Of a stretch of DNA of 64,000 bases, positions 1 to 8,897 are shown in pieces. The stretch is taken from NCBI GenBank assembly GCA_050250895.1, contig JBFWNU010000001.1:416001-480000 (forward strand), given 5' to 3'. The stretch is from Vulcanimicrobiota bacterium (GTDB lineage: Bacteria; Vulcanimicrobiota; Xenobia; Xenobiales; JADMJV01). Position 1 is the first letter of the stretch. Every line of letters begins with the position of its first letter. Made by a program: the position numbers and the translations under genes. The notes below the pieces were generated by a model. The model was not told where the DNA came from, ran no database searches, and saw only the letters and a program-made list of their open reading frames with translations.

Positions 1-720
1 AGTCAAGGGCGTGTCGTTCTGCCACACGATCGACCCGTCAGCCTCCCTTTCGTTAGTGGTGAAGTGCATGGGTGGAGCGGTTGGATTGTTGACATCGATC
101 AGAGAGTTCGAGAAATCGCGGATGATCGACCCGAGGGGAAAATTCGGGTTGTCGGACTGCTTCAACTTGAAGCCCCCAACTTGACCACTCAAAGAGCTTG
201 AGGATTTGAACTTCACGTTTAGGGTCACGGAGCCAAAGTCGTCGCCCTCGAAGCTGGCGACTTCGAGTTGGTCCAAGAGGTCCCGGACGACATCTTCGAA
301 GTCAGGATCGTCAATCACCACTGTCAGATTCTCAAAGTCTAAATCGATGATGGCTCGGCCGACAAGAAAGCCGCTACCATCGAACAACTCGATGGTAAGG
401 ACCTGGACCCGACGGGAAACGTTGTCCAAGATGACCTGAGATTGCTTCGGGACGTCGTTCTGACTAAAGAGAATGTTGGAGACTTGGCCGGTTGGAGTGG
501 ATATTCTCTCGGAGCCCGTGAAGCTAAAGCTCGCTACCTCCGCCGGTATCCCGCGATTCAACAGATTGAAGTTGATGATAATCCGTCCGAGTGCCGGAGG
601 GGCCATGAGGTTGGCGTCCCCCTGGGAACCGGTGGTCTGGTCAGGCAGCTGGCTGTCGTCACATCCGGGCAGGCAACCCAGGACCAAGAATCCTAGTATC
701 AGCGGAAGAAGTCTTCTCAT
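1..720 (-). CDS. Putative lipoprotein, runs off the left edge of the window (3' partial)
   Basis: Absent from the ORF track because it has no stop in the window. ATG at 720 is preceded by AAGGAG (725-730). It reads MRRLLPLILGFLVLGCLPGC..., a lipobox-type signal, and stays open to base 1. Confidence 0.8.
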   Translation of the reverse strand, partial: MRRLLPLILGFLVLGCLPGCDDSQLPDQTTGSQGDANLMAPPALGRIIINFNLLNRGIPAEVASFSFTGSERISTPTGQVSNILFSQNDVPKQSQVILDNVSRRVQVLTIELFDGSGFLVGRAIIDLDFENLTVVIDDPDFEDVVRDLLDQLEVASFEGDDFGSVTLNVKFKSSSSLSGQVGGFKLKQSDNPNFPLGSIIRDFSNSLIDVNNPTAPPMHFTTNEREADGSIVWQNDTPLT

Positions 721-949
721 GGTGCTCCTTTACGTGTTTGGAGAAAATCTAGGGCCAGCGTAGTGGTGGGACCTACCGGCCATGATAGCCAGCATGCGCG
801 GTCTTGACTTTCCATTTTGTCCGAATTTTGAACTCGTCTTCGGCCAGCGTCGGCCCGGCCCAGAGCAATCCGGACGACGAAATCGCTCGGCCGCGGCTCC
901 TCTCAGGTCGCAGGGCGGCTCGGACCGGCCGGCGAAGCCAGGGGCACGC

Positions 950-1528
950 ATGGCTAACTCCGTAGAAGAAACCCTGGCGCGGCTCCGCGCTCATTTGCAC
1001 TCTGCTCATATGGACAGCGGTAAGTCTGTCAGTCAACTAGCCGCCGAACTGGGGGTGGGGTCGCCGGCCGAGATGTCCGAGTATCTGTCTGGTCGCAAAG
1101 AAATGGGCGTGGGCCTGTTGCTCCGCTTTGCCCGCTTGACCGGCAAGCCCATCTGGTGGTTCTTTGGCGAGCAGCCGCGCGGGGTGACCGTCGAGGGCGC
1201 CGAGACGGGCCTGCAGAACGTCAGTCGCATCCGTCTTTATCTCGATGCCATCGAGGCTGAGTTTCGCGGCATCGTACCCGAAGCCAGCGCGCCCGAGCCG
1301 ATCAAGAAAGAGAACAACGTCGTTCCGCTGGGGCGACCGGCTCAGGGCGAAGTGGTCGATCTTCGGCCGTATCTGGCCCGAGCCCGCCAGATTTTGCAGC
1401 GCGAAGTCGATCTTTCTCGCGAAGACAGCGCCGAGGTGAGCGAAGAATCGGTCGAGATGATTGCCCAGGGCCTCTACAGCGCCGAGATGGGCTGTCTGCC
1501 TTCGCGCAGCTTCGAAGCCGTCGAGTAA
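950..1528 (+). CDS. XRE/Cro-C1 family helix-turn-helix regulator
   Basis: ORF 782..1528, likely start ATG 950 (MANSVEE). HTH-like segment SVSQLAAELGVGSPAEMSEYLSGRKEMGVGLLLRFARLTGKPIWWFF. Confidence 0.75.
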   Translation: MANSVEETLARLRAHLHSAHMDSGKSVSQLAAELGVGSPAEMSEYLSGRKEMGVGLLLRFARLTGKPIWWFFGEQPRGVTVEGAETGLQNVSRIRLYLDAIEAEFRGIVPEASAPEPIKKENNVVPLGRPAQGEVVDLRPYLARARQILQREVDLSREDSAEVSEESVEMIAQGLYSAEMGCLPSRSFEAVE

Positions 1529-1569
1529 TCCAGGAAGGCGCCGTTCGCTCCCAACCCGAAGTTGGGCGC

Positions 1570-2265
1570 GTGAAACCACAAGACGTCATCGCCGCCCTCA
1601 AGCAGGTTCCCCTCATCGAGGTGCTCGAACCCGACGAGATCGCCCATCTGGCCCAGCAGGTGGTACCCCGCCGCTACGCCCCTGACGAGCAGCTCTTCAT
1701 GCAGGGGGAACAGGGGGGAGAGCTTTTTCTGGTGGTGCGGGGGGCGATTCGCATTGCCCTCGAAACCCTCAACGGCCGCGAGGTGACGGTGGCCATTCGG
1801 CGAGCCGGTAGCTTCGTCGGCGAGATGGCTCTGCTCGACGGGCATCCCCGTTCGGCCTCGGGCTATGCCATCGACGAGTGCGAGTGCCTGGTGGTGCTCA
1901 AAGACAGTTTCGACGCGATGCTCGAAGGCAACGCCCGGGCTGGCCAACGCCTCATCCAGGTCTTGTGCGAGCGGATTCGCCAGAGCACCACCCGCCTCGA
2001 GGAGGTGGCGGTTCGCACCATCCGCCAGCGGCTGGCCTCGGTTTTGGCCAAGCTAGCCAGAGAAGAGGGCGAACCAGATGGCACCGCCGTCCTGCTGCGG
2101 CCCATCGTCAACTACAAGATGTTGACAGGGCTGATGTGCGCCAATCGTGAGTCGGTCAGTCGGGCCGCCAGCGAGCTCATCGACGAGGGCTTGTTGGCGC
2201 GTCAGGGCCGTCGTTTTCGCATTATCGATTTGGAAGGTCTCGAGAGCGTTGCCCTCGAGGCCTGA
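1570..2265 (+). CDS. Crp/Fnr family transcriptional regulator (cNMP-binding domain + HTH)
   Basis: LFMQGEQG...GSFVGEMALLDGHPRSASGYA phosphate-binding cassette; C-terminal HTH ...ANRESVSRAASELIDEGLL. Confidence 0.92.
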   Translation: MKPQDVIAALKQVPLIEVLEPDEIAHLAQQVVPRRYAPDEQLFMQGEQGGELFLVVRGAIRIALETLNGREVTVAIRRAGSFVGEMALLDGHPRSASGYAIDECECLVVLKDSFDAMLEGNARAGQRLIQVLCERIRQSTTRLEEVAVRTIRQRLASVLAKLAREEGEPDGTAVLLRPIVNYKMLTGLMCANRESVSRAASELIDEGLLARQGRRFRIIDLEGLESVALEA

Positions 2266-2324
2266 CGGATCAAACGTCACATCGGTGACGAGCCCATCGT
2301 GGCATGATGACGGCAGGAGGATAT

Positions 2325-5300
2325 ATGACATCCAAGTCAGCAGCCAGTATTCTGCTCGCTCTTTTTGTTTGGGTTGCTCCGGCTTTTGCCAAGAGTGACC
2401 CCGAACTGATCTTGCAAGATGGTCACTCCGACGGAGTGACCGCTTCGGTCTTCTCTCGAGACGGTCACCACCTGTTCTCGGCCAGTGAAGACGGAACCAT
2501 CAAACAGTGGGATCTTGACACGGGTCGCGTGGTCTTCACTTACCTCAGCGCCGACGCCGACAAGCAGGGGGCCTATCGTCCCCGAGTCAACTCGGTGGCT
2601 CTGATGCACGACGACAAGTGGGTCGTCTCGGGCGCGAGCGACGGCAAGGTCCGCGTCTTTAGCACCGCCGACGGCAGTCTGGTGCGAGAGTGGGCGGTAC
2701 CGGTCAGTTACGGTAGCTACCTCAGAATTGCAGGCCTGCCCGGCGACCGCCTGGCGGCCGTGGCCCAGGAGCAGAAGCTCTACCTCTACAACGCTGCCAA
2801 CGGACAACTGGTGAAAGAGCAAGCGCTCGACATCACCGGCCGGGCTCTGGCCGCTCACGATAAGATGATCGCCGTGGCCGACCGCGAGACGCTGGTGATG
2901 TACGCCGACGACGGGCGCGAACTGGCCCGCCAAAAGCTCAGCAGCGACGGCGAAAGCCTGACCTTCAGCCACGACGGCAGCAAGCTGGTAGTGGTGGGCA
3001 GTAAGCTCGATCTGATGGCCGCCCCGTCGCTCAAAGTGTTGTCGAGCCAGGACATCGAGGGCAGTTCTACGCAGGCGGCCTTCGTTGGGGACAAGCTGTG
3101 GTTGTCGAATCAACGCTCCGGCCACTTCGGCTTCGGTCCGTTAGGCGCCCCGGTGGTTAAAGAGACCGGTATCTCCAGCCTGGCCTCGAGCTCGAATGGC
3201 GCCATTGCCGCCGGTGGTAGCGAGGGGGAAATCTATCTGGTCAAGCCCGGGTCCAAAGAGCCCGTTTTGCTGCCCGGCAAGACCTCCTGGATCACCGCTC
3301 TGGCCACCGATCCCCAGGGACGCTACCTGATCACGGGCAGCCGCCAGGGCGCCGTCAAGCTCTACGACCTGAGCACTGGCCGCATCGAGCGCCGCTATCC
3401 CGGCCACGAAGCTTATGTCGGTGAAGTGGCTATCTCGCCCGATGGCTCACTGGTGGCCGCCTCCGACCTGTACTGGGGCAAACTGATCGTCTGGGACGCC
3501 AAGACGGCCGAAACCATCTCCACCTACGAGTTGGACCGCTTCAGCCCACGCTTCGCCGAAGGCATCCAACGCGTCGTCTTTAGCCCCGACGGCCAGAATC
3601 TGGCCATCGGCCGCACCGACAAGCCGCAAGTAGAACTGATCGACGCCCGCCGCGGCCGGCGCCGCATGGCCCTACCCATCGAAGGCCAGGCGGTCGGACT
3701 AGCCTTCAATCCCGACGGCACTCGACTGGCCGTGGGCACCACCAAAGAAAAGCTCCAAGAGTTCTTGCTCAGCTCGCGCACCGTGGTCAGTGACCGCAAG
3801 ATGCAAGACGACGCCTGGTCGATCGCTTACAGTCCGGACGGCAAACGGATGGCTGCCGGCGGCTACCGTGGCGTGCTCAAGGTGTGGGAAACCGAATTCG
3901 AAGACGAGCCCGTGCAGCTCACCTACAAGGGTACCGGATACTTCGGATTGCGCTTTACCAACGACGGCCACCTGCTCAGCGTGGGTGGCGACGGCAAAAT
4001 GCGCTCGTGGGACCTGACCACCCGCCAAGCTCGCGAAGTCGTGGCCCACGGAGACTCCATCGGTGATCTGGCCGTGCTGGCTGGCGGCAAGGTTTTGGTC
4101 ACCCGAGGCAGTGACAGCAAAGTCAAGCTGTGGAACGCCTCCGACTTCAAGCTGCTGGGCACCCTGGTCGAACTCGACCACGGCCAGGACTGGGTCGTGA
4201 CCACTCCCGGCGGCCTGTTCGACGGCACCACCAAAGGTCAGCGACTGCTCGACTGGCGCATCGACAACAAACTCTACAACCTCGAACAGTTCTTCAACGC
4301 CTACTTCACTCCGGGGCTGCTGCACCGCCTGGCCCCCCCCTCGGGGGCGGCGGCCAAGCCGCTCGAGGTGACTCGCTCCATCAACGACTTCAAACAACCG
4401 CCACGGGTTCGCTTCGTCAGCCCCGACCCCGGGGCCAAGACGAGTGAGCGAAGCGTCGCCGTCAAGGTCGAGGTCCTGGACACGGGAGGGGGGGTGACCG
4501 GGGTGGCCCTTTACCACAACGGCCACCGCCTCCCCGACAATCGGCGCCAACAGCTTGACCCGAAAACCTTCGAGTTCCGGGTTGAACTCATTGAAGGCCA
4601 AAATGACCTCGAAGCCACCGCTTACAACTCGGATGAGTCGGTGGAAAGCCGCAAAGACCGCGTGCGCGTCACCTGCTCGGCAGCCAACAGTCGTCAACCC
4701 GAACTACACGTGGTAGCCATCGGCGTCGACAAGTACCAGGCTGGTCTGAGCCTGAGCTACGCCCAGTCTGACGCCGAAGCCATCGCCGGCTTCTTCAAGC
4801 CCGGGTTGTTCAAGAACGTGCGCACCCACTTGCTGGTCAACGAGCAAGCAACCCGCGCCGGAATCGACAAAATGATGACGGAGATCGAAGCGGCCACCGA
4901 GCCCCAGGACGCCCTGCTGGTCTATGTGGCCGGTCACGGAACCGTGGTGGGCGACATGTACTACTTCCTCCCCTACGACGCCAAAGTGGCCTCTCAGGAA
5001 GAGATTCGTGACTCTGGTATTTCGTCGGTGGCCTTGGCCGACCGCCTGAGCCGCATTCCCGCCACCAAGCAACTGGTGGTTCTCGACACCTGTCGTTCGG
5101 GAGCCGCCGCTGGCGCCCTGGGCAAATACCTGGCCCGCCGCAGCGGACTCGACGACGTGCGTTCGCAGCAAATGCTGGCCCGCACCGCCGGCACCTTTCT
5201 CATCGCCGCTTCCACCGCCGAGGAATATGCACTGGAACTGCCCGACCTCAAGCATGGTGTGCTGACCTATGCTATCCTCAACGCGCTGGGCGAATCGGGC

Positions 5301-5465
5301 AAACCCACTGCCCGCACCAACGCCCAGGGCGCAGTGACCGTCAACGCCCTGCTCGAGGCGGTCTCGAGCACGGTGCCCAACCTGACCGAGAAGTATCACG
5401 GTCAGCGCCAGCATGTGGTCCAGTATAGCTCGGGTCAGGACTTCCCCCTGGTCTCGGCTCAGTGA
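2325..5465 (+). CDS. Exported WD40-repeat protein with Ig-like linker and C-terminal caspase (peptidase C14) domain
   Basis: AGGAGG precedes ATG 2325. Sec signal (..VAPAFA/KS); many GH...WD repeats; catalytic dyad YVAGHG and LDTCRSG; HGVLTYAIL motif. Confidence 0.9.
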   Translation: MTSKSAASILLALFVWVAPAFAKSDPELILQDGHSDGVTASVFSRDGHHLFSASEDGTIKQWDLDTGRVVFTYLSADADKQGAYRPRVNSVALMHDDKWVVSGASDGKVRVFSTADGSLVREWAVPVSYGSYLRIAGLPGDRLAAVAQEQKLYLYNAANGQLVKEQALDITGRALAAHDKMIAVADRETLVMYADDGRELARQKLSSDGESLTFSHDGSKLVVVGSKLDLMAAPSLKVLSSQDIEGSSTQAAFVGDKLWLSNQRSGHFGFGPLGAPVVKETGISSLASSSNGAIAAGGSEGEIYLVKPGSKEPVLLPGKTSWITALATDPQGRYLITGSRQGAVKLYDLSTGRIERRYPGHEAYVGEVAISPDGSLVAASDLYWGKLIVWDAKTAETISTYELDRFSPRFAEGIQRVVFSPDGQNLAIGRTDKPQVELIDARRGRRRMALPIEGQAVGLAFNPDGTRLAVGTTKEKLQEFLLSSRTVVSDRKMQDDAWSIAYSPDGKRMAAGGYRGVLKVWETEFEDEPVQLTYKGTGYFGLRFTNDGHLLSVGGDGKMRSWDLTTRQAREVVAHGDSIGDLAVLAGGKVLVTRGSDSKVKLWNASDFKLLGTLVELDHGQDWVVTTPGGLFDGTTKGQRLLDWRIDNKLYNLEQFFNAYFTPGLLHRLAPPSGAAAKPLEVTRSINDFKQPPRVRFVSPDPGAKTSERSVAVKVEVLDTGGGVTGVALYHNGHRLPDNRRQQLDPKTFEFRVELIEGQNDLEATAYNSDESVESRKDRVRVTCSAANSRQPELHVVAIGVDKYQAGLSLSYAQSDAEAIAGFFKPGLFKNVRTHLLVNEQATRAGIDKMMTEIEAATEPQDALLVYVAGHGTVVGDMYYFLPYDAKVASQEEIRDSGISSVALADRLSRIPATKQLVVLDTCRSGAAAGALGKYLARRSGLDDVRSQQMLARTAGTFLIAASTAEEYALELPDLKHGVLTYAILNALGESGKPTARTNAQGAVTVNALLEAVSSTVPNLTEKYHGQRQHVVQYSSGQDFPLVSAQ

Positions 5466-7207
5466 AATCGGCTCTAGCCGCTCTGGGCCTGGCCCTGGCC
5501 GCCACTCTGGTGGCGGCCATTGCCGGTTCCGGGCGGTTGGGCCAGCGAGTCGAGCACTTCTTCTATGACCAGCGCTTCTTGCAGCGCGAGCGGCTGGGCG
5601 TGACAGTGCCGGTTCACCCCGACCTGATGCTGGTCACCATCGACGAAGAGACCTACCATATTCTAGAAGAGCCGCCGGCACTCTGGCTGCCCCACTTCGG
5701 TCGCCTGCTCGAAGGCCTCTACGCCGCCGGCGCCCGCACCATCGGCCTGGATTGGATCCCCAGCTACGCGCCGCCGGAACTTTTCCAGACCTTCGGAGCC
5801 ACCGCCCTGGCCCATCCGGGCCAACTCATCTGTGCGGCCAATCTCGATGGTCGCCTGGTCGTGCCCGCTTCGCCGGTGGTGGCGGCCGTGGGCACCGACA
5901 ACCTGGGTCTGATCACCCTCACCCGCGATGCCGATGGCATCCTGCGCCGGCAACTGACCCAGCCGGTGGCCGAATTGGAGAACATCGAGTTTTTCTCGGT
6001 AGCCTTGTTGCGGGCCCACACTGGGCATTTCGCGGCCCTGCCCGAACGGCTGGCCATCAATTACGCCGGCCCTCCCGCCGAGACTTTTCCGCAACTACCG
6101 ATGCAAGAGGTGCTGCAACGCATCGAAGCCGGCGAAGATTTACGACCGCTCTTCGAAGGGAAACTCGTCCTGGTCGGCTCGGTGGCCAGAGCCGACCTCG
6201 ATCTGGTCGAGACCCCCTTCACCCTGGCTTTTCAGACCATGCCCGGAGTGGAAACCCACGGTCACTTCCTCAACACGGTGCTGTCCAACCTCTACCTGAC
6301 TCCCATACCACCGGCAGCCACCTGGATGGGCCTGCTGCTGCTGAGTTGGCTGGTGGCCCTGGCCAGCCTGCGCCTGGCTCCACTGCCGGCGGCCGCGGTT
6401 GCCGGGCTGGCCGGCCTGGCCTGGCTGGGCCTCGGCCTGCTGCTTTTCTGCCGGGGCGGCTGGTTGCTCACCTCGGCCCCCATGATCGTGGCTCTGCCGG
6501 TGGCTCTGGCCGGCGGCTACGCCTATCGTTATCTTTTCGTCGAGCGGGACCGCCAACGGGTCAAGCGAGTCTTCGGCCGCTACGTCTGTCCCGAAGTGAT
6601 GGAGGAAATGCTGCGCGAGCACCAGCCCGAACAGGCCGTGCGCCGCAAGGTGACGGTCATGTTCAGCGATATCAACGACTTCTCGACGGCCTGCGAAAAG
6701 CTCGAGCCCGAAGAGGTCACGCGCCGGCTCAATCATCACTTCACCGAGATGAGCCGGGTCATTTTTCGCAACCGGGGCACCATCATTCGCTTTATCGGCG
6801 ACGAGTTCATGGTGCTGTTCGGGGCCCCCCGCCCCGATCCTCACCAGGAACGCTCGGCGGTGCGCACGGCCGCCGAGATGGTGGCTCGCCTCGAAGAGCT
6901 GCGGCAACAGGATCCCGACGAGAAGGAAGGCTTTTACTCGATCAAAATCGGAATTCATGTAGGCGACATGATTTTGACCAGCATCGGCAGCCACGAGCGC
7001 AGCGACTATAACTGTATCGGCGACAGCACCAATATGGCCGCCCGGGTGCTGAGCTTGACCAAGCCCACCGGCGCTGGTGTCTTGCTCAGCGAAGACGTCT
7101 ATGCCGTGGTCAAAGACGAACCCGGACTTACCTTTGCCGACCGCGGCGTGCACCCTGTCAAGGGCCGGCGCGGCGAAATCAGAGTCTACGAGCTGGAGGT
7201 CTCATGA
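5462..7207 (+). CDS. CHASE2-domain class III adenylate/guanylate cyclase
   Basis: CHASE2 motifs (VTIDE, IGLD, DADGILRR, GKLVLVG, MPGVETH); TM helices; cyclase motifs MFSDINDFS, FIGDEFM, IGIHVG, GDSTNMAAR, VKGR. GTGA overlap with the upstream gene. Confidence 0.92.
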   Translation: MKSALAALGLALAATLVAAIAGSGRLGQRVEHFFYDQRFLQRERLGVTVPVHPDLMLVTIDEETYHILEEPPALWLPHFGRLLEGLYAAGARTIGLDWIPSYAPPELFQTFGATALAHPGQLICAANLDGRLVVPASPVVAAVGTDNLGLITLTRDADGILRRQLTQPVAELENIEFFSVALLRAHTGHFAALPERLAINYAGPPAETFPQLPMQEVLQRIEAGEDLRPLFEGKLVLVGSVARADLDLVETPFTLAFQTMPGVETHGHFLNTVLSNLYLTPIPPAATWMGLLLLSWLVALASLRLAPLPAAAVAGLAGLAWLGLGLLLFCRGGWLLTSAPMIVALPVALAGGYAYRYLFVERDRQRVKRVFGRYVCPEVMEEMLREHQPEQAVRRKVTVMFSDINDFSTACEKLEPEEVTRRLNHHFTEMSRVIFRNRGTIIRFIGDEFMVLFGAPRPDPHQERSAVRTAAEMVARLEELRQQDPDEKEGFYSIKIGIHVGDMILTSIGSHERSDYNCIGDSTNMAARVLSLTKPTGAGVLLSEDVYAVVKDEPGLTFADRGVHPVKGRRGEIRVYELEVS

Positions 7208-8061
7208 AACTGCCCTGGACGTTAGCCTTTCTGGTCCTTTTGACCACCGCAACCTTTGCCCGCGAGAAAACAGTGGCCCTGGTGGCCGACGCCCAGGGCC
7301 AGGTCCAACTCGTGCAAGCCGGCCAGAAGAGCCAGGCCTCTCTACTGAGCTATCTGGCCCCGGGCACTCGCCTGGAACTCGGCCCCAAAGCCAGGGCCAG
7401 CCTGGCCTTCGTCGAGGGCGGTCTACGCGTGAACCTGGCCGGGCCCTGCCAGGTGGCCCTGGAAGAATCCGGGGTCAAGCTGCTCGAGGGCGACCCGACC
7501 GCGGTCACCAGCACCCGCCCCCAGACTCGCCAGGGCAAGGCCCTCCCCCGCGATGTCAACATCGCCCGTGGCGGGGGAGTACGCCGCGACCCCGAACTGG
7601 CCTTGACCGTCGGCCAGGCCATCTTGCCGGGCGACGCCATCCACTGGCAGGCGGCCGACACCATCAACGGCTTTCAGATCTTCCTGTGGGAAGGCGACCG
7701 CCGGCTCTTGCGTGAGGAAGTCGAGCGCCAGACCAGGCAACTGGCTCTGGCCCCCGACCTGCTCGAGCCCGGCCACACCTATGAAGTAGAACTGGCGGGT
7801 TACCGAATGAGCGGCCAGGAAGTGGTGCTCAAGAAGTCGGTCAAAGTGCTGGCCACCGAGACCGCCCAACGGGTCAGCGGTCTGGAACAAGGCGCCACCG
7901 GCGTAGCCGGCAAAACCGAGCTCCTGGCCGTCTGCCTCGATCTCGGACTCGACTACAAATCGCTCAACCTGACCGAGGACCTGCTCAAACAACGCCCCGA
8001 CGACGCCAACCTGACCCGCCTACGCAACGAACTGCGCAAAAGCCTCGGCCTGAGCGACTAG
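7204..8061 (+). CDS. Exported protein, FecR-like N-terminus and DUF928-like C-terminus
   Basis: Signal peptide (..TATFA/RE). C-terminal helix pattern LGLDYKSL..LLKQRPDDANL..LRKSLGL resembles DUF928. ATGA overlap with the cyclase gene. Confidence 0.55.
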   Translation: MKLPWTLAFLVLLTTATFAREKTVALVADAQGQVQLVQAGQKSQASLLSYLAPGTRLELGPKARASLAFVEGGLRVNLAGPCQVALEESGVKLLEGDPTAVTSTRPQTRQGKALPRDVNIARGGGVRRDPELALTVGQAILPGDAIHWQAADTINGFQIFLWEGDRRLLREEVERQTRQLALAPDLLEPGHTYEVELAGYRMSGQEVVLKKSVKVLATETAQRVSGLEQGATGVAGKTELLAVCLDLGLDYKSLNLTEDLLKQRPDDANLTRLRNELRKSLGLSD

Positions 8062-8119
8062 CTTCTTTCCAGCATTTTTCAGCGGCTCGAGGTAAGCTGG
8101 TGGCAGAGAGGTATGTAGT

Positions 8120-8896
8120 ATGTTTCACGCCATTTCTATATCCGCACGTCCGCACGCCGCGGGCCGCAAGGTCATCGTCGAAACCGGCGCTTCCAGCGCC
8201 TCGTCCACCAGCGAGAAAGTCCGCTTTGCTAAAGGCGACGCTACCGTCACCGAAGAAAGCCTGGCCCAGCAACACGAGAGTGTGACTTTGAGCGTTCCCC
8301 AGAACGCTCCCACCACCGCCGCCCCGACGCCCAATCCCGCGCCAGCGAGCACGGGCTCGACCTACGCCAGTCTCGATCCGGCCCAGCGAGCAACCTTCCG
8401 TTCGGCTCTGCAAGAGCTCGACAAATCCGCCCGCCTGTGGGCCCGCAACGAACACGGCCAACTCGAACGCATTCACGCCGCCACGGCCAAAGAGCGCCTC
8501 GACGGCGGCCAGCCGGTCGAGGTCGTGACGCGAATCGGCCACCAATCGAGCAATTCCTCGGCCAGTGCTTACTTTCAGCACTACGACGGCCACTTGATCA
8601 ACCCGGCCGACATCAGCCGCAACAGCTCCAGCCACAGTGAGGGCACGGTGCGAGCCGAGTACACCGCCTCCCCCCTGCACGACTGGGAAAGCCTCGAGTT
8701 CTTCCAGGGCGACAATCGCGCCGGCGTGCCGGGTACGCCGACCCTACCCGCCTCGGGACAGCCGGTCACCATCTCGCGCGAGTTCGAAAGCCGATGGGAT
8801 CGCCTGCGCACCGAGAACTGGGGAATCTTCACCACCAACAACATCACCTCTAGCGATGGCGGCTACACTCGCCTGAGAGAAGTCGCCGAGAACTAA
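8120..8896 (+). CDS. Hypothetical protein with Ser/Thr/Pro-rich N-terminus
   Basis: 258 aa ORF, GAGAGG upstream, typical codon usage; shares a domain with the next ORF. Confidence 0.7.
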   Translation: MFHAISISARPHAAGRKVIVETGASSASSTSEKVRFAKGDATVTEESLAQQHESVTLSVPQNAPTTAAPTPNPAPASTGSTYASLDPAQRATFRSALQELDKSARLWARNEHGQLERIHAATAKERLDGGQPVEVVTRIGHQSSNSSASAYFQHYDGHLINPADISRNSSSHSEGTVRAEYTASPLHDWESLEFFQGDNRAGVPGTPTLPASGQPVTISREFESRWDRLRTENWGIFTTNNITSSDGGYTRLREVAEN

Positions 8897-8897
8897 C

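Noticed and set aside
206-763. Three short + strand ORFs
   Set aside because: Shadows of the minus-strand lipoprotein gene 720..1.
804-834. Sigma70 promoter for the XRE gene (TTGACT...)
   Set aside because: Good -35 but no convincing -10 at 16-18 bp spacing.
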